The notes beneath the pieces were generated by a model that saw nothing but the letters and a program-made list of their open reading frames with translations, ran no database searches and was not told the origin of the DNA. DNA of 59,270 bases, filler included, from Sphacelaria rigidula (lineage: Eukaryota), in NCBI GenBank assembly GCA_964200075.2. It is 6 parts of 6 records of this genome, joined end to end, with 100 filler letters (N's around TTAATTAATTAA, not from the genome) between each part and the next. Parts side by side here need not be neighbours in the genome. Positions count along the whole stretch, not along the records: positions 49,477 to 59,270 come from CAXNAA020007750.1; 5 more parts are not named here. The stretch is one strand, 5' to 3'. Below are positions 49,477 through 59,270 of this stretch, one piece after another (the first letter of the stretch is position 1; the number at the start of each line of letters is the position of its first letter). The position numbers and the translations under genes were made by a program.

Positions 49477-50151
49477 CTGTATGTTGATGTACAGATGACA
49501 CAGGTCTGCAGATCAGTTGGACATAACAGTGTGTGTGTGAACTGGGTCGTACAGCTCGTCGCTCGGCAAATATGTACGGGTCAAGCGGGTCCTACAAACC
49601 ACCATCGGACAAGCATGTACGGGCGACAGCACACCTCGTCCAGATAATGATTTATGCCCCAAATGAGCTGACCCGGATCTGTCACGGTCTGATCCGTCCG
49701 ACGTGTGAATTAATACGATAACTTCGATTTGATGGGCGATAGTCGCGCATGCGTTTCTGCCATCGGCGCCACGCGGGGTCATTGTCCTGCAATCAGGGTT
49801 CATGAGATCGAAGGCATTGATGCATGGACTGTCGCAGTCGCGCATACTGTGGCTTTGAACACTACAGTTGATGCAACTGTTGGCATGACTGCTGAAGGCA
49901 TTGCGTCTAGCGTAAGACGAAACAAGTGGGTTCCACAAATGGGGGTCATCGGTAATGAATGCCGTTGTTGAAGTCAAATAAACATCATCCCAAGTTCTTC
50001 GGAAAACGGCCAACCATCACACCTCGCACTGAATGCATCTCTGTTACTTTGACCATGCATAACTGAACCGGCGACCGAGCCGCGGGTTCATGAAGCGCGA
50101 GATAAACTCGAATTCCTGCCGCGAGCCCGTTGGGCATTAGCGGAGGACACA

Positions 50152-50452
50152 ACCGTAGGTTGTGAACGCACAGACGTAGAAGGTGTGCCACGTATGGCAG
50201 GTGTCAGATTACCCTCATGGTGTACAAAAGCAGACCGCATATCATTAACGGAGGTGTAAGGCACCTAGCGATGCGTCAAGACACCCGAAAATAACGACGG
50301 TGTGTACCGTAGGTTGTGAACGCACAGACGTAGAAGGTGTACCACGTATGGCAGGTGTCAGATTACCCTCTTGGTGTACAAAAGCAGACCGCATATCATT
50401 AACGGAGGTGTAAGGCACCTAGCGATGCGTCAAGACCCGAAAATAACGACGG
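50152..50452. repeat. Near-identical tandem duplication (50152-50300 / 50306-50452)
   Basis: About 148-bp units with very few differences, separated by TGTGT. Confidence 0.95.
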
Positions 50453-50582
50453 CATCAGAGCCGGATACTGTTGAGCAACGTTATTGCGAACGTAAATCTG
50501 ACACATTGCATCACTCGGTCCGTTTTGGCGTCCGACACCCGTAGTACCGGAGACTAAAAGCTTATATTCGCAAAGATAATCC

Positions 50583-51135
50583 GACACTTTCTTCGATAGC
50601 CCCCCCCTAAACCAGCCCAAAAGTTGCACATAAAAAACGGCCATACAGCGCCTGATGTTTGGGTTCAGGCTGCATGAAGCGCCTCATATTGGCGGCACTG
50701 GCTGGAACGAACCTAAACGTGGGAATTCCCAGCTGCTCGTTGTGCTAGGCTTTTCCCCATCGATTTGCGTGAAGATTTTTGCCTGCCAAAACCATGCACT
50801 TTTTTGGGGGGAGGCTATCAACAACATATTCGTGAGATTGAGAGTAGAGCTCGAATTAAGAGTGACCTTGATCACTCACGTTAACTTGGCCAACATATTA
50901 TTCTGCGTGTGCTCTTCTTTGCCTCTATCATTGCCGTGTGCTTCCAGCTACACGTCGATATCCTACTCATTGATATCAAGCGCCTCAGTGGCAAGCTACT
51001 ACAGAAAGAGTATCGGGCCTTGTGGAGGGGCATTTCGAAACTGAAACGATTCATTCATTAATTGGCCGCTTTTCACTCTCAATCGTTTCCTCTACTCTCA
51101 ATCTCATGAAAACATTGTTTATCGTAGAAAGCGTC
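50583..51135. mobile_element. 249-bp MITE, subfamily B, with nested hAT-like MITE
   Basis: TIR GACACTTTCTTCGATAGCCCC / TATCGTAGAAAGCGTC; TSD ATCC (50579-50582/51136-51139); 553 bp minus the nested 296 bp and 8-bp TSD = 249 bp. Confidence 0.85.
50822..51117. mobile_element. hAT-like MITE
   Basis: TIR core GTGAGATTGAGAGTAGAG / CTCTACTCTCAATCTCAT; degenerate 8-bp TSD GCTATCAA/TTTATCGT. Confidence 0.7.
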
Positions 51136-53447
51136 ATCCGCGAAGGGGACATCCGATGCGACAGCAGAAGAACTCTGCCTCTGGATAGCACTCGCATGGT
51201 CTCTTGTGTCAAAATAAGCTATGATACGCCTTTCCAGATCGGAGAGCAATACCGGGCCTGTCTTCCCCTTGGAACGATCCGGATCCTTTTCGGCGAGGAA
51301 GCCGTCGATGGTCTGTGTTAAGGGAGAAGCAGTATCGGGAGAGCGGCGGCTGATGGATCTATGCAATGCTTCCTGCAATGGTGTCTGCCAGCCCTCTACC
51401 CAATTGGGATTTTAGGAACGTTGGACGTCAATTGCATCTGCCAAGTGAAGGATATTACAAACGGTACGGCGGATGGATGTGATTAGGGCAGAAGTAAACT
51501 GTCCCGAATCTTCGTTATCCGCAGCAGGTATGTTTTTGATATGCCAAAGCTTTTTCACATCCATCTGAATATGCTGTCTCTGTGTTGCAGCCACGCGGGC
51601 AGACTCTGCTTTATCGGAATATGGTTTTTTGCTAGCTTCGGAACATTCTTTGCCGGCCGCAGCGAATGCTAAAGCGCGGGCTACAGTAGAAGACAACAGA
51701 CGGTCAGGTGTGCCCGTATCAGATAAACCCAAAATGCGACCCGAAACATCGGCCAATTTTGGTATCACTTGCCTTGGCGTCGCCGAACCCGAGGGGGGCA
51801 GGTCTGCGCTAGACCGGTTCCAGCCCGTCGCGGAAGATCCGGAAAAATTGCCTCCGATTTTCTTCCGAGTCGGGCTGCGGATATTGCGGACCGGGCGGTT
51901 CGGTCCGAAAACGCCCGAGGAGGATCCTCCACCACCATGGCGGGGGCGGGAGCCTCCTCCATCGTTGTCGTCATCCCGCCGGTGTTTCTTCTTCTGTCCC
52001 CTGCAGTTGGCACTCGTGGGAGTCCAACCATCTTAATCCTGGTCATCGTCGGCGATGGTGGCGTCGGGATCAGAGTTGTAAGCGTCACGTAGCGCCGCAA
52101 AACAATCGGCGACAGTTTCCACGTAATGAGGTTGATCAGGGCTGGCGCCAATGGTCATATGCAATACCAGTTGGCCCAGGGTGAGAGACACCATGCCCTC
52201 GTCAGGGATGATGCCGCGCTGGTCCACGAAAACGCCAACCACGCCGTGTAGACGTTGGGACACCAAGTTCCAAGCCTGGCTGGAACAGTGGATGATTAGG
52301 GTGGTGGAACGGGCCGGTATTTTCGGCCGCGGAACGAGTGAGCCACGTTCATTCGTGGTTCGTGAGTTGTAGGTCTTGTGTCGGCCCGGCATTGGTTATC
52401 GAGATAGCTGCTCGAAGCGGGGGTGTTGGGGCCATCTTGGGGACGGCGGTGGCCGTGGCAATAGACGGCCGGCCGGACTTACGTGGAATGGTGTAAGTCG
52501 ATTTTACGGTCTCAGGTTGGCCCGTGTGGCTCGAAGGCGGGTGAGGAGAACGGCTACTGAGCAGGTTGCCGGCGGACGGCGGAGAGGCTTGATGGTTTGT
52601 TAGGCGGGCCACCGACGTAGCAGCGTCGTGGGCGGACCGTCTGACATGGTCCTCCACGTCTCGTACACGTCTCTGGGCCGCCATGGTGGCAGTGCGGCCT
52701 TCCTGGAGGGCGCGTTGGGCGGCCGTGTTCGTTGTTTGGGCGTGTGAGGCCCGCCGCTGGAGATCCCTTTGTTTGTCAGTATGTTCCTCCGCGAGGAGGC
52801 GTGCAGCGGCGGCGTCAGCCTCGCGTTGCTGATCGAGGATATCTATGACAAGAGCTGGCACTTCCGAGGCATAACCCTCGATCAGCACCATTTCTTCCCC
52901 GCGGGAACGGTTCCTGAATAGCCTCAAGAGGAGGCCAGTGGGACAGTGCTCGTCACCGAGCGGAGGGAGAGCCTCCACTTTGTTATAATAAAGTAGTAGC
53001 TAATGCATTGGCTGAGGTCTCTCAGTACGAGTGCCAGGCGATATCATTGGTTCCAGCTAAACCAAGCTCTCACGTGGGCACACCGTACGACCTATAGCTA
53101 TCCACCAAAGCACAATCACACATAGGTTCATCTATATGTGAACTGCTGATTAGGAACTCACGCGTTTGATAGCATCAGGTCATATCTACAAGGAGCTCTC
53201 TTACTCAGTACAGCCGCGGCGCAGCCATAGGAGCAGATCCTGTTATAGTGATGGCCCAGAGTGGCAGAGCTAGGTCAGCGACCAAGGCAAAGCCAGCAAC
53301 TGATCGAGGTGGGTCGGCTGGTATCTCACCCGCCAGAACAATCCTAACTAATGACAATAAAAAACGCGGTAACAACGCGTCACGGAACCCAGGGTCTACC
53401 AACAGACCCGCACATCGTGATATCTTGTGATGCCCCTCAGCTTCTTC

Positions 53448-54800
53448 ACAGTTCACGCAAAAGACCCAAAATTCTGTCATCAGCAAATGCCTTCCGTAAT
53501 ACACCCAACAGTCGTATACATGGTATCACACTGACTGCAATGAATAGACGAACGGGGTGAAATAGCCAGATTTTTGTTCAAGGCTACAGCGGTGGCGCTA
53601 TGGACAAAAATCTGTGTTGACCAATCAGCGCCTTTCAAATTGTTCTGAATTTTGAAAACACGAATTCCAAGCCCAATTTCCACCGAATCTCCACATGCTT
53701 CAAATCGTACTGACCTCCATCAGCTCGGGAGTCTAACGGGAGAAACAAGTTTGAAAACGGTTGAAGCGGGGTCGAATTATGGCCGAAGTCATAATGTTTC
53801 GGCGTTGTGGAGTTTTGGCGTCGTCTCATTTCCACTCATGATACGTACGACAGACCCAGGGAGCCTCGTGACGATTGCCCTCATATCTGTTGTAGAATAG
53901 CTCGGATCATCCTCAAACTTGACAGTTCATAGATATTGATGCTCTAAAGAGAAAAAAATATATTCTTGACATGGTTTCAAAGTTTCTCCGTTCTCTACCG
54001 GCTTCCGGGGTCCCAGTACATGTACCCCTGGAAGGCAGGACAGAATGCCTCAAGAGGAAAAAGAATAACATGATGCATCCCGGGATAGTCCAAGGAACGC
54101 ATGTACAAAGTTTAATCGAGAAACTCGAAAATCCCGTACAGTTTTGTTTTGCCTTGACGTAACACTCACCCAAAACAGACGTTTTAATACTAAAACCAAG
54201 TGGTCAGGACTTGGCACGTTTTAAGCTCACGTCCTTTCACAAATGCGCAAACCTTCACGCCGTCATTAGGAGTTAGACTCTGAAACTTTGCAAAAATGTG
54301 CTGTGGGTCATTACGCAAGTTTCGATCGACGAAGGTTTCTACTCCTTGACGTTGTGACCGTTTTTCGGGGGTCTGACAGCATCCAAGTCGTTCTTTCGCA
54401 CTCGTCTCCATTCAGGGACCCCGGAAAACCGACGCTACGATCTTCTTTTTTTTTCGCAAACGCCCTATTGCCACAAAACCCAAGGAAGAGCTTCACAAAG
54501 TTTCGCGGCCAAATTCGATTCACTGATGCTTCAATTCTCATGCTCTCGTCAAAGAAGGCCCAAAAAACGCTGTCTTCGTACCAAAATCTAGTAGTTTGCG
54601 GTTCCACCGTGGCACGGCAAGGTTCATCGCACAAACGCGAAACATTTCACGCCATTTGAAGGAGTTATACCCTGAAATTTTGCACAGGTTTTCTATGGGT
54701 GATTACGCAACTTTGGATGAACGAGGTTTTTAATTTTTCCCGTTTTACGGGGGTTCAACTGGATCGAAGTTCCCCCGAAAAACGGTGAAAAACGTCAAAA
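53448..54800 (+). mobile_element. About 1.5-kb non-autonomous element (copy 3, 3'-truncated)
   Basis: Colinear with 34602-35940. Confidence 0.75.
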
Positions 54801-54886
54801 AGTAAAATGATACCTGAAGCCAAATGATACCAAGCCGTAGGTTTCAGTATAATCGCATGCATGATTAGAGCAGCGGCAGGGGACAG

Positions 54887-57800
54887 GTGATCCTGGGTTG
54901 ATTACCCTTATCTGTGTAGCCCCGTGCTGTCTGGCTCGTGATATGGTCTGTTGAGGATCAATCCGTGATAATAACAAGTTAGAAAGAAGGACTTGTCAAG
55001 CACGAGGCCAGTGATACTTGAGGAGTCCCTCGTTGAAAGTCCTCTTGTCCAGATCGTCTGGCAGAGGCTATAATATCTAGATATATATCTTTTCGGCACT
55101 CTGTTGGAGGAGTTTGGCTGGGGGGAGGGGCTACAGAAGCCAGGTTGGCCTGCAGCGGGGGAGACCAACTTGTAGCCAACTTGAAGCGCACAGCAGTGGA
55201 GGATGCTCCGTGGGCTGGAGGACGCACAAGTCAGGCAAGAGTCTCTTCGTGAAGTGGTGAATCCTAGACGACATGGTTTAAGCGGCGGCAGCGCCGCTGG
55301 TGTTAGGTGAGCCTCTAGAACCGCCAAAGTATGACGAAGTGTGGACAGAGAAAGCCTCAAAAACATTTTGGACCAAATATCTCGGCTATTTAGAGAGGTT
55401 GCATTTGGCCAATGCATCAGGAGTTATTATGTATGCCAGGGTGAGCATCGGAGAGCTTATTCCCACATACATTCACCGGTGCTTCGAAGGCATGTACAAG
55501 GACCGTCAGGCTATGTCCCCCGACGAATTGCTAGATGCTGTGAAGCAGCATGCCAGGTACACCACAACCGGCGGCAAGCATGACACTGCGCGGGCTACAG
55601 CAGACCTACGTAGAGTTCTTACTATGCCACAAAGCGGTGGAATATCCATCAAGGATTGTGCGATGATGGTCAATTCATCGATGGAAACGTTTTTCGCAGA
55701 AAACCTCACGGTGCAAGCCATGTACCCTTCGGAGGACAGGAGCTGGTTGCCAGGAGTCGGTTTCCACAGCTTTGGTAGACGAGATTTCGCCTCCGGAATT
55801 CAAGGCGTACGTTAGAAGTGTACTAACGTATGTTGACAGCTGGAAAAAGAATCCGACGGTGGTGTTCAACAAAATATTTGATGCCGCCGATCAGTGGAAA
55901 TTCATTGAGGCACATGGCCGACGCGATTCTGCGGCAAGTGCAGGTAGTGCGCGCCGCAAACAGCAACAGCAACAAAAACAGCAGCCGTCGTCGCGAGCGT
56001 CGTCCACTCGCGTGTGTTACTACTGCGGCGACACCTCACATGTGATCAAGGACTGCCCCAAGCCTCGCGCTCACGGCGCTGCTCAAGGAAATGCGCGAGA
56101 TTCATCAGGATCTCGAGGCGGTCGTCACGGTGGACGGGGCCGTGCCAACTAGGGACGCGGGCGCGGTGGCCGCGGTAGCCAGCAATCGGCGGCGGATGAT
56201 GGTTCTTCCGCGGCTGTTTCTTCCACTACGTCATCAGGTTGTGACTCTGGATCTTATGGTTCGTCCGTAGCGGGGCGGACAGTGTACGTCGTGGGAAATG
56301 CAAATACTTCGGTGGGGAGTGCTGGAGCGAATAGTTCGCAACCCCTCGGCTAGGCAGGATCCGTGTCTGGTGCATCTCCTGCTGCTGCGACGGCTGTAGT
56401 AGTTCCTTCTGCATATTCGGCGACTTGGTCTGGGTGGACCGACAATTCTCAGTTATCGATGTCAAGTGCTGGAGCGTAGCCCTGGCGTCAGGTGACTCTT
56501 GGTACCGACCAGCGTTACACTGCAGGCGTGGTACCTGTTGATCGCAAGGCTGAATGCTTACGGGCAGATTCATCATTGCCTGGTTCCGTAGGTTGGTTCA
56601 TGGCCCGCGGTATTCTGGATTCTGGGTCCGCGCTCACGTCGATCGGTGTGGGATTACTAGAACAAATGTCTCCGCAATTTGGCGGCGCTCAGCTTCAGAT
56701 TCCGTTCGAAAACGGACCGCAGCCGGCACAGACCGCCACGGGTACTCGCGTGACGGTCACACATAAAACGGTGCCGATTACTGTTAGCGTGCGTACGCCG
56801 TGGGGGCTGTGGAGTTGCAGCCCATAACTTGCGCTGTCATGCCCGGTAGGGACAACGTGGTTCTATTTGGGATGGCGACGATGAAGGAGCTCGGGATTGA
56901 TTTGTACCCGCTGGCGTTGGATAAGTTACGCCCGCGCGCTATACCGGTGCAAACCGGCGTGGAAAACCCCAGCTATCTTGCTGCAAGGCGTGTGACCGTA
57001 TCCATACGGTCATTCCAGAGCGCCAATGAGGAGGAGGCTCCTGCCGATGAAGCGATGGAGCGCTTGGTCGATCGGGTGGCGGACATGTTCATGAACCCAG
57101 CGGAGGAGAGAGGTGCAAGAGAACGTGCGCTTGAGGATATCGTGCAGCAGACCGACCAGAAGGGCCTGAGCGCCGATGGCGCATATCGTTTGCGTGATAT
57201 TTTGGCTCGTCGGGTTGATACATTCCGTCGTGCGCTGCGTGATGATCCGTCAGCGCGCGTAGAGCCTATGAGGGTGCGAATAAACCCACAGGCAAAGGCG
57301 GTGAAGGCCAAGCCCAGACGCTATCATCCGGTGAAGACCGTGTGGCTTGCCTCATGCATCGCAGCTTCGGTGGCGTTTGGTTTCTTGAGAAGGAACATCC
57401 ACGCTGTGTGGGCGAGTCCGGCGATGGCGGTGCCGAAGAGGGACACATTCCGTTTGGTCAGCAACTATCAGGCGGTGAACGCGCAAGTGGAACCGTCTCC
57501 GGGGGTGATACCAAGCCAAGATGACATGCGGGAGTTGCTGGGAGCCCAATGCTTCGGCAAGTTGGACCTGCTCCAGGGGTATTGGCTGATGCCTTTGGCG
57601 TCGGAAGCTCAGGAGATATTCACGATCGCACGCCTGACGGTTTGTTTACGCCTACTTGTGTCCTGCAGGGCGTGTTGAACGCCACGGCGCATTTCCAAGG
57701 TGTGCTGACTGACATTCTGTGAGGTCTAAACTGTAGAGTGTGGGTGGATGACGTTTTCTTTTTTGTTGAAACCGAAGAAGCATTGTTAGCTTTGCTTGAC

Positions 57801-59196
57801 GAACTTCTTGGCCGCTTGGAGAGTGTTGGTCTGTTCGTCGCTACGCATAAGTGTACTCTTTTTGCCCGCGAAGTGGTGTGGTGTGGTAAGGTGTACTCCA
57901 AGGGCACTGTTTCGCATGATCCCGTCCGCATCCAAGGTTTGAGCAACATGCGACGTCCTCAAACGGCTAGTGAGCTGATGCAGTTTCTGCAAGTGGCGAA
58001 TTGGTTGCGGACTTCGCTCCCGCGCATAGCGGAAGTAGTTGCGCCGTTTCGTGTGTTTTTGGAATAAGTTAAGGTCGAGGCTTCGCGTCGGACCAAGCGG
58101 GTGGCGCGTAATCGTACCATCCCGGAGGACGCTTGGACGGAGGATCGTGTGCGGGCATGGCGTGCTGCGCAAGATTTGGTGGCGCAAGCGGTGCCGCTGT
58201 ATCATCCTCGTCCATGGTGCGTTGTTCTGATGTTTCCAGATGCTTCGGATTTCCACTGGGATTGTTTTTTTACGCGAGTGCCTGTCGCCGAGTTTAGTAG
58301 TGGCATTGCGCTCGAAAACATGTCACACGAACCGTTGGCTTTTCTAAGCGGTAGTTTTAAGGGTTCACAGTTGCGGTGGGTGACAGTGGACAAAGAAGGT
58401 TTCGCGATAGTCAACACATTTCGAAGGCTAGAGTACTTGCTTTGGAGTGGTGTTCGCATTTTCACCAATCATCGCAATCTGAAATACATTTTTAACTCCG
58501 AATAGTGTGTCACATCGGTGACGAACGCCATGGCACAACGGCTTGAGAATTGGAAAGGAGTACTCGGCCAATATCGGTATGTCATTGGACACATCCTTGG
58601 AGAGCGCAATTGTTGGGGAGATTTGTTGTCTCGCTGGGTGAAGGTTCCTACCGCGCCTGACTAATGCCGAGATAGCCCCCCCACAAAAAGTGCACCGGAG
58701 ACTATTCGACAAACCGGCTGCGATCCCACTATTGGGCTCGTTTACAGCGATTTCGCCCACATGAAAGCCGTGTAGCAGTCCGAAATGAGCTATAACGCCC
58801 AAATGAGCTGCGTAATGCAGCACGAAACCAGCTATAACGGCATTGATGATCATCGCCTCCGTGCACTTTTTTGGCCGGTTCAGGGGGGGGCTATCTCGGC
58901 ATCAGTCGCCTGTTCGTTCTGTTGCCGTGTACAACCCGTGTGATGCCGATGATTCGCTGCCCTCGTCAAATGTCATTCGTACCGCGCCGCGCAAAACAGT
59001 CGGCGACGGTGTTCATTCTTTTCCTACGACTTTCGGTCAAGCTGCTTCGGCTGACGATGATTTGTTTCGAGAGCGTGTTTGCAGTAGTGATATTTGTGGA
59101 TTCCATCGGATGATAAGGCTCTACATACTCGCTTGATGGTGTGCGCTTACATGCGGTCGGCTGGTCTCCGTGGTGTGGCGCCGATTCTGTTGCGTT
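54887..59196 (+). mobile_element. Decayed Ty3/Gypsy LTR retrotransposon (putative 5' LTR, gag, protease, RT, RNase H)
   Basis: ACA|TGG LTR/PBS-like junction at about 55272; gag knuckle CYYCGDTSHVIKDC; protease ILDSGS; RT KLDLLQGYW and VWVDD; RNase H FPDASD, DKEGFAIV, FTNHRNL; PR-RT-RH order; stops and frameshifts; LTR limits approximate. Confidence 0.92.
58659..58907. mobile_element. 249-bp MITE, subfamily A (inverted relative to 27623-27871)
   Basis: TIR GACTAATGCCGAGATAGCCCCCCC / GGGGGGGCTATCTCGGCATCAGTC; TSD GCCT (58655-58658/58908-58911). Confidence 0.93.
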
Positions 59197-59270
59197 GACA
59201 CTTTCTACGATAGCCCCCCCCCAAAACCAGCTAAAAGTGTCACGAAAAAAATGGCCATACAGCGCCTGAT
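59197..59270. mobile_element. Left end of a subfamily B 249-bp MITE at the window edge
   Basis: GACACTTTCTACGATAGCCCCCCCC...GGCCATACAGCGCCTGAT matches 50583-50656. Confidence 0.85.

Larger units (their letters stand above)
49520..52990 (-). pseudogene. Decayed retrotransposon gag-like gene
   Basis: Chain of minus-strand ORF fragments ending in a CCHC knuckle CINCSVQSHSMRDC; interrupted by MITEs and a tandem duplication. Confidence 0.65.

Overview
Eukaryotic, repeat-rich DNA, most likely from a brown alga (Phaeophyceae). This is an inference from the intron-rich genes, a phaeovirus-like insertion and the repeat landscape. The window is not contiguous: it is six contigs of near-identical length (9796, 9795, 9795, 9795, 9795, 9794 bp) joined by artificial N44-TTAATTAATTAA-N44 spacers, so adjacency across spacers has no biological meaning. 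Contig 1 holds the 5' five exons of an EngB/YihA(YsxC)-family GTPase with an N-terminal targeting extension. Contig 2 holds a decayed intron-containing IS630-Tc1-mariner transposase with an unusually long second-D-to-E spacing (~DD124E) and an internal inverted duplication, plus piggyBac-type MITE clusters. Contig 3 holds a decayed, intronless, gene-dense endogenous giant-virus-like (probably phaeovirus) segment: an HPD-less J-domain gene, a TM-ankyrin-kinase gene, a UDP-glucose/GDP-mannose-type dehydrogenase and a chitin/hyaluronan-synthase-like GT2, i.e. a putative viral polysaccharide-synthesis module. Contig 4 is almost entirely non-autonomous repeats. Contig 5 holds the 3' exons of a low-complexity protein ending in a WW domain, plus a Copia remnant. 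Contig 6 holds a decayed gag-like gene and a decayed Ty3/Gypsy element. Across contigs there are tRNA-derived SINEs and a fixed-length (249 bp) MITE family with GAC-N9-GATAGCCCCCCC ends and 4-bp TSDs. All analysis was by eye; identities are visual estimates and no database searches were run.
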